Origin: Nitrospirota bacterium
Lineage (GTDB): Bacteria > Nitrospirota > Nitrospiria > Nitrospirales > Nitrospiraceae
Length of the DNA stretch: 64,000 nt
NCBI GenBank assembly: GCA_963701855.1
Contig: CAVPBK010000003.1
Span: forward strand, 164,045-228,044
Reading direction: 5' to 3'
Part shown: positions 8,865 through 19,993 of the stretch, one piece after another
Position numbering within the stretch: position 1 is the first letter of the stretch
Layout of the letters: each line of letters starts with the position of its first letter
Notes under the pieces: model-generated
The model's database searches: none
What the model saw: only the letters and a program-made list of their open reading frames with translations
Told to the model about the DNA's origin: nothing
Translations under genes and position numbers: made by a program

Positions 8865-11800
8865 TCGAACGGCTGATCCGTGCCGCGCTCGCACAACGGC
8901 TCATCGTGCTGCTCCTCGCACTCGGGCTCATCGTGAGCGGCGTGACGGCGTTCCGCCATCTGCCGATTGATGCCTTCCCTGACGTCACTCCGGTGCAGGT
9001 CCAAGTAATCACCAAGGCGCCCTCTCTGGCTCCTGCAGAAATCGAACGCCTCGTGACCTTTCCCCTGGAAATCGAGTTCACAAACCTGCCGGGTAAAACG
9101 GAACTGCGGTCGGTGTCGCGGTTCGGGCTCTCGGTGATTACGGTGGTCTTTGAAGACAAGATCGATATCTATTTCGCCCGGCAACTCGTCTTGGAACGGA
9201 TGCTCCAGGCGCGATCCCGTCTTCCACAAAGCGCGGAGCCGATGCTTGGACCGGTCAGTACGGGATTAAGCGAAGTCTTTATGTATCTCGTCGAGGGCTC
9301 GACACAGACCCTGATGGAGTTGCGGACCCTCCAAGATTGGGTCATCCGTCCGATGCTGCGTGCCGTCCCAGGCCTCGCGGATGTCGATACGTTGGGTGGC
9401 CTGGTGAAGCAGTATGAAGTGCTCATCGATCCCAATCGATTGACGAGCTTTGGGCTCACATTGCGCCAAGTACACGCTGCCGTCGCAGGGAATAACCAGA
9501 ATGCTGGGGGCGGGTACATCGAGCAGGGCGGAGATAAGTTGGTGGTCCACGGTGTGGGACTGGCCCGCTCTGCGACGGATTTAGAACAGATCGTCGTGGC
9601 GGCACACAGGGGCACGCCCATCTATCTCCGGGACGTCGCCCAGGTTCGACAAGGGAGCGCGATCCGGTTGGGGGGCGTGACGCGTGACGGAAAGGGCGAG
9701 GTGCTCGAAGGCATTGCTGTCATGCTGCGTGGCGGCAATAGCCGGGAGGTGGTCTCCGCGGTGAAAGACAAGGTCGAGCTGATCAACCGGGTATTGCCGA
9801 CCGGTGTGCAGATGATTCCGTTCTATGACCGCATCGAATTAGTGGCGCGGGCGCTGGACACCGTCGAGCGGGCCTTGCTGGAGGGCGTCGCGGTCGTGAT
9901 TGTCGTGCTGTATCTGTTTCTCCGGAATCTCCGCGGGGCTCTTGTCGTCGCCGTGACATTGCCGCTGGCCATGCTGGCCACGTTCCTGATCATGCAGCAA
10001 GTCGGCCTGTCGGCGAATCTGATGTCACTAGGCGGCTTGGCCATCTCGCTGGGGATGATTGTCGATGCGGCCATTGTGCAGGTAGAGAATGTCGAGCGCC
10101 ATCTGAGCGAGCAGACCAAGGGTCGAACCCTCTTGATCGCTGACCGGTTGCCGGTCGTATTACGCGCAGTCCTGGAAGTGCGGAAGCCGAGCCTCTTCGG
10201 AGAGTTGATCATCGCCTTGACCTTTATCCCGCTTCTGACTCTCCAAGGGATGGAAGGGAAGATGTTCATTCCGCTGGCCCTAACGGTGGTGATCGCCCTC
10301 CTGAGTTCCTTGGTGCTGTCGATGACGGTGGTCCCGGTGCTGGCGGCGATGCTGATGAAGCCTCGTGCCGCAACCGAGGGCGGGCGCCTGTTGGAGCGTG
10401 TCCGGGGACGGTATCGCCGGCTGTTGGAGGGGGCTATCCGCAGAACCCGACTGGTCGTGATTGCGGCGGTCGGCTTGCTCGTCGGCGGGGCGGCCCTGGT
10501 CCCGTTCATCGGCCGGGAATTCGTACCGAGTATGGACGAAGGGTCGATCGTGGTGAATATGATGCGGCTCCCGAGCATCAGCCTGACCGAATCGCTGAAG
10601 ATTTCGGGGGATGTCGAACGGGTGTTGCTGGAGATCCCAGACGTGCACTCCATAGTGTCGCGCACAGGCGCCAACGAACTGGGGACAGATCCGATGGGAA
10701 TGGAACTCAGTGATATGTACGTCTTGCTTAAGCCCGACTCCGAGTGGCAGGCACGGTCTAAAGCCGAGATCGAAGCGCAAGTCCGCCGGCGACTGGAACA
10801 AGTGCCCGGCATCGCGTTCGGGTTGTCCCAGCCGATTGCCATGCGGGTCGATGAACTAGTGTCGGGGGTCCGGTCCCAGGTCGCAGTCAAATTATTCGGT
10901 GATGACCTCGAAACATTGCGTATGAAGGCGGACGAGATTGTCCGGGAGCTGCGGCAGGTGCGCGGCATGGTTGATCTCCGGGTCGAGCAGGTGTCGGGCC
11001 TCTACTATTTGAAGCTAGACATCGACCGTGCCAGAATCGCGCGCCACGGAATTAATGTGGCGGAGATTACGGAGGTGATTGAAGCCGTCGGAGGCGGGAT
11101 TGCCGCCGGTGAGGTGTTCGAAGGGCAATGGCGCTTTCCGATCATGGTGAGATTCCCGGATGCTCAGCGCGCCGATGTGGAGTCGATTGCGGCGCTGTGG
11201 GTGACCGCGCCAGACGGTTCCCGCATTCCACTTCGCGAGCTGGCCGACATTCGAATTGTGGAAGGGCCGGCGCAGATCAGCCGTGAACATGCGAGCCGCC
11301 GGATCGTCATCGAAGCCAATGTGGTCGGGCGTGACCTCGTCGGCGCCGTAGAAGAGGCGCAGACGGCAGTGTCCCGCCAGGTACAGCTCCCGCCCGGTTA
11401 CTATGTAACCTGGGGCGGTCAATTCGAAAACCAACAGAAGGCCATGGCACGCCTGGCCGTTGTCGTGCCCCTGGTCCTTGGACTGATCTTTCTGCTGCTC
11501 TATTTTACGTTCGGAAACCTCAGGCAAGCCGCGCTGATCCTGCTCGCGATTCCGTTTGCGATGGTCGGCGGCCTGCTGGCGCTGATGCTCGGAGGGCTGT
11601 ATCTGTCGGTTCCGGCCTCCGTCGGCTTTATTGCCTTGTTCGGTGTCGCGGTGCTCAACGGAGTCGTGAAGATCGCCTATATCAACCAACTCCGGGAACA
11701 AGGGATGTCGTTGGACGAGGCGGTGCTAACCGGCATGGTCCTGCGGTTGCGCCCTGTGATGATGACCGCGGTCGTCGCGATGATGGCGCTCATCCCCCTG

Positions 11801-11998
11801 CTGTTGGCCAGCGGTCCCGGCTCCGAAATACAACGACCGCTCGCCACGGTCGTGATCGGGGGGTTGTTTTCATCAACCGCCTTGATCCTTGTGGTGATGC
11901 CCGTGTTGTATCGGTGGATGGAACAACGAATTGTTCAACGGCGGGAAGCGGATTCCCCAACGCTTACCCCACGGTTGGGCACGGAAACGACAACGTGA
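8861..11998 (+). CDS. czcA: CzcA/CusA-family heavy-metal RND transporter
   Basis: LPIDAFPDVT, NLMSLGGLAISLGMIVDAAIVQVEN, RLRPVMMTA, GSEIQRPLATVVIGG. Confidence 0.95.
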   Translation: MIERLIRAALAQRLIVLLLALGLIVSGVTAFRHLPIDAFPDVTPVQVQVITKAPSLAPAEIERLVTFPLEIEFTNLPGKTELRSVSRFGLSVITVVFEDKIDIYFARQLVLERMLQARSRLPQSAEPMLGPVSTGLSEVFMYLVEGSTQTLMELRTLQDWVIRPMLRAVPGLADVDTLGGLVKQYEVLIDPNRLTSFGLTLRQVHAAVAGNNQNAGGGYIEQGGDKLVVHGVGLARSATDLEQIVVAAHRGTPIYLRDVAQVRQGSAIRLGGVTRDGKGEVLEGIAVMLRGGNSREVVSAVKDKVELINRVLPTGVQMIPFYDRIELVARALDTVERALLEGVAVVIVVLYLFLRNLRGALVVAVTLPLAMLATFLIMQQVGLSANLMSLGGLAISLGMIVDAAIVQVENVERHLSEQTKGRTLLIADRLPVVLRAVLEVRKPSLFGELIIALTFIPLLTLQGMEGKMFIPLALTVVIALLSSLVLSMTVVPVLAAMLMKPRAATEGGRLLERVRGRYRRLLEGAIRRTRLVVIAAVGLLVGGAALVPFIGREFVPSMDEGSIVVNMMRLPSISLTESLKISGDVERVLLEIPDVHSIVSRTGANELGTDPMGMELSDMYVLLKPDSEWQARSKAEIEAQVRRRLEQVPGIAFGLSQPIAMRVDELVSGVRSQVAVKLFGDDLETLRMKADEIVRELRQVRGMVDLRVEQVSGLYYLKLDIDRARIARHGINVAEITEVIEAVGGGIAAGEVFEGQWRFPIMVRFPDAQRADVESIAALWVTAPDGSRIPLRELADIRIVEGPAQISREHASRRIVIEANVVGRDLVGAVEEAQTAVSRQVQLPPGYYVTWGGQFENQQKAMARLAVVVPLVLGLIFLLLYFTFGNLRQAALILLAIPFAMVGGLLALMLGGLYLSVPASVGFIALFGVAVLNGVVKIAYINQLREQGMSLDEAVLTGMVLRLRPVMMTAVVAMMALIPLLLASGPGSEIQRPLATVVIGGLFSSTALILVVMPVLYRWMEQRIVQRREADSPTLTPRLGTETTT

Positions 11999-12161
11999 AG
12001 TGTGAGGAGCTGATCTTCTCAGAAATCAGTGATAGGGACATACGCTAAGTTCATTGTGTCTGCTGGTCGTTCGCTGACTTCCTATAATACGGCCATGCCT
12101 CCTAGGGTCGCAGGTTCCGGCACTTTGAAGAAACACTGCAACCCACAAGCAAGGGATTCCC

Positions 12162-13043
12162 GTGCATAACCACTCAGAAAGCAGATCCGTCCAGCAAACA
12201 AATCTGCTGATCGTCCTCCTGATGACTGGCACGTTTATGGTCATCGAGGTGGTCGGCGGTCTGTTCACGGGAAGTTTAGCGTTGTTGGCAGATGCAGGCC
12301 ATATGCTGACGGATGTAGCGGCGCTTGGACTCAGTGCTTTTGCCATGTGGATGGCTGCAAGGCCGTCGACGCCGGAGAAAAGCTACGGGTATCACCGCGC
12401 CGAGATCCTCGCCGCTGTCACCAATGCTGTGGTGCTGTTGTTGCTGGCTGTCTGGATTCTTTACGAGGCGTACCGGCGTGTATTCTCGCCGCCCCACGTG
12501 CTTGGCGTTCCGATGTTGCTCATCGGCCTCGTCGGCCTCGCCGTGAATGTTGCAAGCATGAAGCTGCTCGCTGACGAATCCGCGTCGAGTCTGAATGTTC
12601 GCAGTGCGTATTTAGAAGTGCTCAGCGATGCGATCAATTCGGTCGGAGTCATTCTTGGTGGGGTCACGATCTGGCTCACCGGGTGGTTTCTCATCGATCC
12701 GTTCCTCAGCGCCGGCATCAGTGTCTTCATCGTCTGGCGCACGTGGGCACTGCTCACTCAGGCTGTGCATGTGCTCATGGAAGGAGTGCCGACTCATCTG
12801 GACGCCAAAGAGGTTGGACGAGCCATGGCCGGTGTGCCTGGCGTGAAAGGTATTCATGATCTTCACATTTGGACCATTACCTCCGGCCTGGACGCCCTCA
12901 GTGCCCATGTGGTGGTCCCTGTTGGAGAGGATCGGGATGCAGTGTTGGGCCGTCTCCAATCTCTTCTACGAGACCGATGGAGAATCGACCATGCCACGCT
13001 GCAGATTGTGGAAGAACGATCGGACCGAGTTCAGGTGGAATAG
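12162..13043 (+). CDS. czcD: Cation diffusion facilitator (CzcD/ZitB-like)
   Basis: SLALLADAGHMLTD, HDLHIWTITSG, HATLQ. Confidence 0.92.
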   Translation: MHNHSESRSVQQTNLLIVLLMTGTFMVIEVVGGLFTGSLALLADAGHMLTDVAALGLSAFAMWMAARPSTPEKSYGYHRAEILAAVTNAVVLLLLAVWILYEAYRRVFSPPHVLGVPMLLIGLVGLAVNVASMKLLADESASSLNVRSAYLEVLSDAINSVGVILGGVTIWLTGWFLIDPFLSAGISVFIVWRTWALLTQAVHVLMEGVPTHLDAKEVGRAMAGVPGVKGIHDLHIWTITSGLDALSAHVVVPVGEDRDAVLGRLQSLLRDRWRIDHATLQIVEERSDRVQVE

Positions 13044-13124
13044 GAAACACCTGTGCTAACAGGGGCAAGGCGATGCACGAAAGGAGGATAAATGTATTGA
13101 TGTGGGGGGCTTGAGTCATTCATT

Positions 13125-13460
13125 TTATTCTTTCGCGGTCCAGCCAAAGACGATAACCGCCATACCAAGCATGGCAATTCCGGCCCCAGTCCAGTCGAAG
13201 ACGGATAGTTTCTCACCGTCCACGACCTTCAGCCAGACGAGAGCCGCTGCCACGTATACACCACCATAGGCAGCATAGACCCGTCCGCTGGCGGCGGGGT
13301 GGAGAGTGAGGAGCCAGACAAAGGCGGCGAGACTGAGCGCCGCCGGAACCAAGAGCCAGATTGATCCGTTCTTGCGAAGCCAGAGATATGGTAGAAAGCA
13401 ACCGACGATTTCGGCGAGGGCAGTGAGAACGAAGAGCGCAGCGGTCTGGATCAGGAGCAT
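13125..13460 (-). CDS. ynfA: YnfA (UPF0060) SMR-like membrane protein
   Basis: [26 protein letters not shown]. Confidence 0.9.
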   Translation of the reverse strand: MLLIQTAALFVLTALAEIVGCFLPYLWLRKNGSIWLLVPAALSLAAFVWLLTLHPAASGRVYAAYGGVYVAAALVWLKVVDGEKLSVFDWTGAGIAMLGMAVIVFGWTAKE

Positions 13461-13590
13461 AGGCACGTTCCCCTTCTTATGGGCGATAACGTCTCATCAT
13501 GCATTATAAGAGTCAAGTTCGAAGGGCTCGAGCCGGGTTGACAATTTGTCATTGAAGCATAGTGTGAAAAAATTGTTTTTCTGCAGCCTG

Positions 13591-15778
13591 CTATACAAGT
13601 AGCAGGCCGGTAGCGCGAACTTTTTTCCAGGAGGTCGTACCGAGGAAGGTTTCAAATTCTTTTGCGGTTCCTGGGAATGCGGTTTTTGTTTCTCGTAGCA
13701 GGGGGTAAGAGTTTGATGGTTTATTTTGTGGTGTGGATTCTTGAATGAGATTCTCAATCCACTGAGCCCGTTGATGAGAGACGGTGACGGCTTGATCGCT
13801 GGTACGCCCCGGTAGAATGAGTCGCATCCCCCTTCCGACAGGTTCGCATACTGGTTGCCCACCTAACCAGACAAACCGCCGTTCTGCCTGTGGGTCATCC
13901 TCAACGATTCTTTTCTTGAGAAGTCGGCGTACCCAAGTGGAGGAGACACGTGGCTTTGGCACGGAATGGTCGAACCACTGGCGGACGTCGAGTGCGAGTC
14001 CTTGCATTTCGAGGTAATTGAGTACCGACCGTCGCAGTCCTTCACCGATCCACTCCGGCGTCTTGCCGCGTTGGTCTTGGTGGAGGAGATCATTCTCAGC
14101 GAAGCCCTGAAATTCAGGACCGAGGATGCGCAATCCATGGGCAGCCGAGCTCGAGCCCGATCGGGCTATGGGCTGTGGCGGTGAAGCGATGCCAGAATGC
14201 AGATTGAATCAGATCTGCAGCGAACAATTGCCGCACCCGTTCAAGTGAGTCCACCGTTTCTTGCACTGTCTCAGAAGGACAACCGTACATGAGATAGGCA
14301 TGAACGAGAATGCCTGCATCCTTGAAGGCCGCCGCCACGATCGCAGTTTGATCGACGGTAATCCCTTTCTTCATCTTCTCTAGTAGACGATCTGATGCCG
14401 CTTCGAGTCCTGCTGTCATGGCGATGCAACCGGAGGCGGCCAGGAGGCGACAGAGGTCCGGCGAGAAGGCTTCTTCAAAGCGAATATTCCCCCACCATGA
14501 AATGGTGATGCCTCGTTCCAGTAGCGCCAAGGCGAGCGATTTTAAGGCAGCGGGAGGCGCAGCCTCATCGACAAAGTGGAATCCTCGACAGCCTGTCTCG
14601 GCGATCAGTTGCTCGATCTGTTGGATGAGCCGATCGGTCGGCGTCATTTCATAGCGGCTGATGTAGTTGAGCCCGACATCGCAGAACGTGCATTGCTTCC
14701 AATAACAGCCATGGGCAACGGTGAGTTTGTTCCAATGGCCTTCCGACCAGAGACGATGCATCGGGTTGGTGCTGTCTAAAATCGTGAGATAGCGATCCAA
14801 GATCAGGCCGCTATAGGTCGGACACCCAACCTCATCCATGCTGAAGTCCCGATCAGAGGGATCATTTGCAAAGACCACTCGATCCTTGTCGCGATAGAAT
14901 GTCCGGCAGAGTTGTGCGCGCGGTCTAGTCCCTGCCAGATGTTCGATCAACGAGAGCAGCGGCCGCTCCCCGTCGTCGAGCGTGACGTAATCGATGTAGT
15001 CGAATACGCGGGGGTCCGATAGACGGCGAAGCTCCGTGTTGGCATACCCGCCGCCAAGAGCAATGGTGATGTCGGGTCGTTGGCCCTTGAGCGAGTGGGC
15101 CATACGAAACGCGCCATAGAGATTTCCGGGAAAGGGAATAGTCAGGCAGACGAGTGAAGGATTGAGTCGATGGAGATGCTCCCACATGGATTCGAGCATG
15201 AATTGGTCCGTCAGTGTCGGAGGGACGGCCACCGAGTCGATGATAGTCTCAAACGACGAGGCTGATCGAGCGATGTGTTCGGCATAACGGTTCAAGGCAA
15301 AATGGGGAGAGACGGTTGCTTGGGTCAGATCAGCCAGGTCTTCGAGATACAAGGTGGCGAACCGTTTTGCGCGATCCTGTTCCGGTAGGGCACGAAATGA
15401 GGTCGTGTGTTCTCTCTGAGCGGCAAACCGAGGGCCCTGGGGAAGAAACCCTGGACGGGCGAGGAGTAAAGCTAAGGAGGGATTGCGTCCTTGGAGAAAT
15501 TCAACGACTGGGTCGATAGCATCTAGATAGGCCGGTTCGACTGCCAGCATCTGCTTGGCTTCACCGGGCAATTCATCTTTTCGCGCGCGCACCTGCGCAA
15601 ACAGGGTCTGAAGTCCCGATCGACAAAAGAGCCGGAGTACCATCTCGATGCCGAGATCCGCTTGAAAGGCTTCGATCCTGCGACCACGGAGGAACCCCGT
15701 GAGATAGGCGGTGGAGGGGTAGGGGGTATTTAATTGAGTGAGCGGAGGAGTGAGAAGCAGAACGCGTGGGCCAGCCAT
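13591..15778 (-). pseudogene. B12-binding radical SAM protein split by a 1-bp insertion near 14148
   Basis: PPLTQLNTPYP, CYWKQCTFC; removing one base joins HSPIGLE-PAAHG-LRILGPEF of ORFs 14114-15778 and 13591-14133. Could be a sequencing error. Confidence 0.8.
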
Positions 15779-15862
15779 GGGCTCGACATACCATACTGCC
15801 AGAGTGGAATGCTACGCGATAGGTATTCTGCAGGCGTGTTTCCTGCTGACCGGAGGGGTCGG

Positions 15863-16216
15863 CTATTTCATGATATCCAGGAGGCTGCCCAGCATGTCGT
15901 CCGTAGTTTTTATGGTTTGAAGATTGGCCTCGAACCCTCGCCGACCGGTGATTTGATTGGCGGTTTCCTCACCAAGATCGACATTCGACAATTCCAACAG
16001 AGCAGGGCCATAGCCTGTGTTGTTCAGGATGAATGGACCAGCTGACTCATTCTTCTGAATAACCGGGAGTACGCCACCGGTTTCCAGTGCGACAAACTCC
16101 GTTCGAGACTTCTTGAATTCATTGGTCATGACGTTGGCCACGTTATGAGCGGAAACGTCGAGCTGTGTAGAAAATGCAGTGAGCCCGGAGAGAGCGGAGT
16201 GAATTGAGCCGATCAT
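15863..16216 (-). CDS. Small flagellar basal-body rod/hook-like protein (Flg_bb_rod N and C motifs)
   Basis: SALSGL...SAHNVANV, SNVDLGEE...FEANLQTIKTTDDMLGSLLDI. Confidence 0.85.
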   Translation of the reverse strand: MIGSIHSALSGLTAFSTQLDVSAHNVANVMTNEFKKSRTEFVALETGGVLPVIQKNESAGPFILNNTGYGPALLELSNVDLGEETANQITGRRGFEANLQTIKTTDDMLGSLLDIMK

Positions 16217-16296
16217 CGGGCACCTCCAGGAGGTCCTTTGTCAGGCTTCGACTCTGACTATTTTGAGTGATAGCCCTTTTAATCCCATCGATATAC

Positions 16297-16324
16297 CTAT
16301 CGGTCAAATAATCGAGATGCTTGA
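16297..16324 (-). promoter_or_regulatory. Possible sigma28 (FliA) promoter
   Basis: TCAA-N16-ACCGATAG upstream of the flagellar-like gene; spacer is one longer than consensus. Confidence 0.35.
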
Positions 16325-16382
16325 TTCCTGACTTGTTACGTGGCTTGGGAGACGAGTAGGTGGGAATCGACCACAATGAGCA

Positions 16383-16574
16383 CCATCGAGGCGACAGGAA
16401 CAATGCACGACCAGGCATCTGCCCATCATTGCCCTTACCGGGCACGCGTCATCGGAGGATGAGCAGAAATGCCGGCATGCCGGAATGGATGACGTCGTCA
16501 CGAAGCCAATAACCCTCCCAACCCTCCGAGCAAAACTAGAGTGCCTCCTCGCACAGCTTGTCCGGCATCACTAA
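16383..16574 (+). pseudogene. C-terminal half of a receiver domain, no start codon
   Basis: Manual translation RRQEQCTTRHLPIIALTGHASSEDEQKCRHAGMDDVVTKPIT...*. Confidence 0.75.
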
Positions 16575-16722
16575 ATCGCTAGCAGTGTCTTCCGCTGAAG
16601 GCCGTTCTCCCTCGACGCGTGACTGTCATTACGTCTTGATGGTGGATTTTGTTCGAGCGCGTCGGTACCATATCCATGGGTAGAAGTTAAGGGTCGCCGG
16701 GGTCCAGAGGAGAATAGACAAC

Positions 16723-17298
16723 GTGAATGAAAAGCGGAACCTTCTCTACAGTGATTTCAATTGTCCGTTCTGTTATGCGATGCACGAACGGCTGCACGAA
16801 ATGAATCTGCTCGATCGCTGTGAATGGCGAGGTGTGCAGCATGCGTCGCATTTGCCTCGTCCAATGAAACCTTGGCAGGGTTCGCTGGGTGCTGAGCTGC
16901 GCCACGAGGTAACGGTCGTGCAGCGGCTGGCGCCGGGTCTGCTCATTGCGCTCCCTCCCGGTAAGCCCAATACGAGGCCAGCGATTGAACAAGCGGTGGC
17001 ATTCCTACGGCATGACCCACCGCATATGATGGCGTTTGTGCGTGAGACCTATCGGGCCTTCTGGTGTGAGGGCAAGGACATCTCTGACCCTGAGGTGCTC
17101 AGACAACTGGTCGAACAGGCAGGGAGTTCTCCAGAGAGTATGGGTACGATCAATGACGGGGATCGCCAGGTGGCTCAAAAATGGGAAGCGGCCTGGCACG
17201 TCACAGGCCAGGCCGGGGTTCCCCTCATTGTCTCGCCGGAGGGTGACATCCTTGCCGGTTGCGCACCGTCAGAAGATGTCCGGCGGTTCTTCGCCTAG
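16723..17298 (+). CDS. DsbA/FrnE-like thioredoxin-fold protein
   Basis: YSDFNCPFCY, GKDISDPEVL, GVP cis-Pro loop. Confidence 0.85.
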   Translation: MNEKRNLLYSDFNCPFCYAMHERLHEMNLLDRCEWRGVQHASHLPRPMKPWQGSLGAELRHEVTVVQRLAPGLLIALPPGKPNTRPAIEQAVAFLRHDPPHMMAFVRETYRAFWCEGKDISDPEVLRQLVEQAGSSPESMGTINDGDRQVAQKWEAAWHVTGQAGVPLIVSPEGDILAGCAPSEDVRRFFA

Positions 17299-17303
17299 GA
17301 AAA

Positions 17304-19385
17304 TTAGGCCACGTCCAGATTCATCACGTAGTTCTGCAATTCCCGCCGATGTTCTTCTTCTACGTTCTTGAGGCGTTCGATTTCTTTGCGAAAATTCTCC
17401 AACTCGGTCTCCTGCTGGTCCAACTTCTTGACATAGCGAGTATAGAGATCAGAGTTCTGCGGGAGCCGCTGCATATTCTCTCTGATGCGAGCATGTTCCG
17501 CCGTGATCTCGGCGGAGCGGTGGTCTAGGCGCGTTCGTTGGGCGCGCGCGTCGTCCAGCTTACTGCGCAATTGCACCACGCGTTGCAGCGCCTCTTTCAC
17601 TTTTTGGCTTACTTCCCTGGCTTGCTGATATTGGATGATCTGGTCGATGCCGCTGTCTATCAAGAGGATCGATTCCTGAACGGGCAGCGTTTCTTTGACG
17701 CGGAGCGTCGCGATTTTCCCTGGATCGACCGTGACGCTAAAGCGGTATAGGTCGCGCGTCCGTTCTGCCGGCTCCTTCGGTTCGGCAAGTTTCCAGTCTG
17801 CACGATAGGGATGTTCGATCAGTACGGTCTTGGCTTTGGCGTCGCGGTTCCTTACGAGATAGGTCCGGTCTTCGACCAAACGGCGTGAAATGAGCATCGT
17901 GCCCTTCTTCAGCGAGACTGTCGTGATCTCTTGCGTGCCGCCTTCGAGGTTTGGTTCTACTTCAGTCTTGAGGTCGAGCGCATAGCTGATCAGCCTGTCT
18001 TGTCCAGGAGGAAGGTCCTCGATGCGCGCGTCGCCCGCATAGGTTCCGCTTTCGAATAGCGTGATAGGGCCTTGCATCAAATGCAGGGTTGATGTGTTTT
18101 TCAGCCGATACCCGCTCAGTGGATGTTTCGCATTGACGCTCTGATTGTAGAGCGACACTTTCTGTCCCTGGAGCGTCTGGCCAATGATGGGCAGCAGTGC
18201 GCTGGTGTGTTTGGCGAGGGTGACGGGCTGGTCAATACGATATTCGAATAACTCGCCCTTGTCTTCAGCCATCGCCATGGAGGCGACGCCTTCTTCCAGG
18301 CGGCCCATATCCATTTCGGCGGCGACGGATGCTGCTGCCGGAGCATTGGCCCGGCCACTGGTAAAACCTTGGGTCAACTTGCCGAGTAAGCGCTCTTTTT
18401 TCATATCGCTGCGGGCTGGAGGGGAGGCTATCGCTTTGAGTTCATCCATGGCCTCGCCGTACGTCTGAGGTTTGAGATTAGCGTAAAGCTCAGGCTGAAC
18501 GGCGGGACGCGGGTTATAGAGCGGTTGATACAGATCCATCGTGAATGAAATGGGACGTCCAGAGACCAGCGAGAGTTTCACATTGCGCCAGTCCTGTGGG
18601 GTCTGATTCTCCACAATGGCCCAGCCTTGCAGATAGGGTGCCTTATCCTCGTCCAAGACGAGTCGATAGGTGGTTTTCCAGACCGGCGTTTCCGTCAGAT
18701 ACGCGACACGGGCTTGGCGACTCCCGATGCCGTCGAAGGTAATCGAGACTGTCTTCTTCTGGGCATCGTGATTCGTCGCGAGTGCGGCCAGAGCCAGGTG
18801 CAGCTCAGCATTCAACGCGGGATTGGTCAATTTGATGCGCTGCACGTTTGCCAGCGAGAGTGAGCGGAACCCTTCTTCCGTCAGGAGCGTGACATATTCC
18901 TGTTCGATGATGCGGTGCTGCGAGCCCTCGCTGATGGATTCCGTTTTCTTCTCCACGCCCAGTAACGTGCCGACAATGGGATTGGGTGCGGTGACTTCGA
19001 TCGGCTCTCCACGGACCTGAGTTAGAATCTGCCCCAGGGTCGGGTTGCCGTTCAGGTTGATGCCGAAGCTTCCGAGCGTCTTGGTCACGGGATCGCGTGA
19101 CCCATAGGTGACAGTCGAGATTCTACCTCCACCAAAATCTTGCACGACAAGACTTTTCAGCATGTCGTTGATCTGATTCGCATGCAAGCGGAGATCGAGT
19201 TGCATTCGATTGTTCACTGTGCCGTCATGTTGAAAATACCCCACGCCGCTGGAATAGAGCACGATCTTGGATAGGGGGAGCGTGGCCGTTTCCTCTGCCA
19301 AGACAGGCCAGGGGAGCAGCAGGAGTGATACGAATACCAATTGCTTCATAAGAGCGTGATTGGAGCAAAGCGATCGTGCAAACAT
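17304..19385 (-). CDS. DUF4139-domain exported protein
   Basis: VLYSSGVGYF, WKTTYRL, LQGWAIVEN, C-terminal coiled coil; GGAGG RBS before ATG 19385. Confidence 0.85.
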   Translation of the reverse strand: MFARSLCSNHALMKQLVFVSLLLLPWPVLAEETATLPLSKIVLYSSGVGYFQHDGTVNNRMQLDLRLHANQINDMLKSLVVQDFGGGRISTVTYGSRDPVTKTLGSFGINLNGNPTLGQILTQVRGEPIEVTAPNPIVGTLLGVEKKTESISEGSQHRIIEQEYVTLLTEEGFRSLSLANVQRIKLTNPALNAELHLALAALATNHDAQKKTVSITFDGIGSRQARVAYLTETPVWKTTYRLVLDEDKAPYLQGWAIVENQTPQDWRNVKLSLVSGRPISFTMDLYQPLYNPRPAVQPELYANLKPQTYGEAMDELKAIASPPARSDMKKERLLGKLTQGFTSGRANAPAAASVAAEMDMGRLEEGVASMAMAEDKGELFEYRIDQPVTLAKHTSALLPIIGQTLQGQKVSLYNQSVNAKHPLSGYRLKNTSTLHLMQGPITLFESGTYAGDARIEDLPPGQDRLISYALDLKTEVEPNLEGGTQEITTVSLKKGTMLISRRLVEDRTYLVRNRDAKAKTVLIEHPYRADWKLAEPKEPAERTRDLYRFSVTVDPGKIATLRVKETLPVQESILLIDSGIDQIIQYQQAREVSQKVKEALQRVVQLRSKLDDARAQRTRLDHRSAEITAEHARIRENMQRLPQNSDLYTRYVKKLDQQETELENFRKEIERLKNVEEEHRRELQNYVMNLDVA

Positions 19386-19576
19386 AGTGGCCTCCATCGT
19401 AGGGTGTTGTACCAGGCCGAGACGGCCAAGGTGATATGACCTATCTCTGTCATGTCGTGAAGGGGCGAATCCTTTCAGCAACCGGGTGAGAACAGCACTT
19501 TTTGAACACCCTACGGACTGTTTGGTCTCTTACTCAGAATTGTTCCTCAGTGCATCTCATGATACTGTTCGATCCC

Positions 19577-19993
19577 ATGGGCTTCACGGATAAGATTACG
19601 ATTACACGAATCATCAAGAATTTCCGCACGATAGCCGTGGTGGGATTGTCGTCGAATCCAGCGCGGCCGTCTTATCGCGTGGCGGCCTATATGCAGAGTC
19701 AGGGCCATCGAGTCATTCCGGTGAATCCGAACGAGACGAATGTTCTTGGTGAGCCGGTCTATCCATCACTCGCCGCCGTACCTGGCACAATCGATCTCGT
19801 AGATATCTTCAGAAAGTCTGAAGATGTGCTTCCTCTTGTTGAAGAAGCTATTGCTCGTGGCGCCAAAGCCGTCTGGATGCAAGAAGGGATTATAAATGAA
19901 CAGGCAGCCATACGTGCTAGAGAAGCTGGCCTGCTCGTCGTGATGGACCGCTGCTGGCTCAAAGAGCATACCGCTTGGTCACATCGTGGCTGA
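19577..19993 (+). CDS. CoA-binding protein (YccU-like)
   Basis: TIAVVGLSSNPARPS, PVNP, VWMQEGI, VMDRC; start codon uncertain. Confidence 0.9.
   Translation: MGFTDKITITRIIKNFRTIAVVGLSSNPARPSYRVAAYMQSQGHRVIPVNPNETNVLGEPVYPSLAAVPGTIDLVDIFRKSEDVLPLVEEAIARGAKAVWMQEGIINEQAAIRAREAGLLVVMDRCWLKEHTAWSHRG

Noticed and set aside
12000..12161. NiCo (czcD) riboswitch upstream of czcD
   Set aside because: Only a simple hairpin and a TATAAT are seen; the NiCo junction consensus is not recognisable
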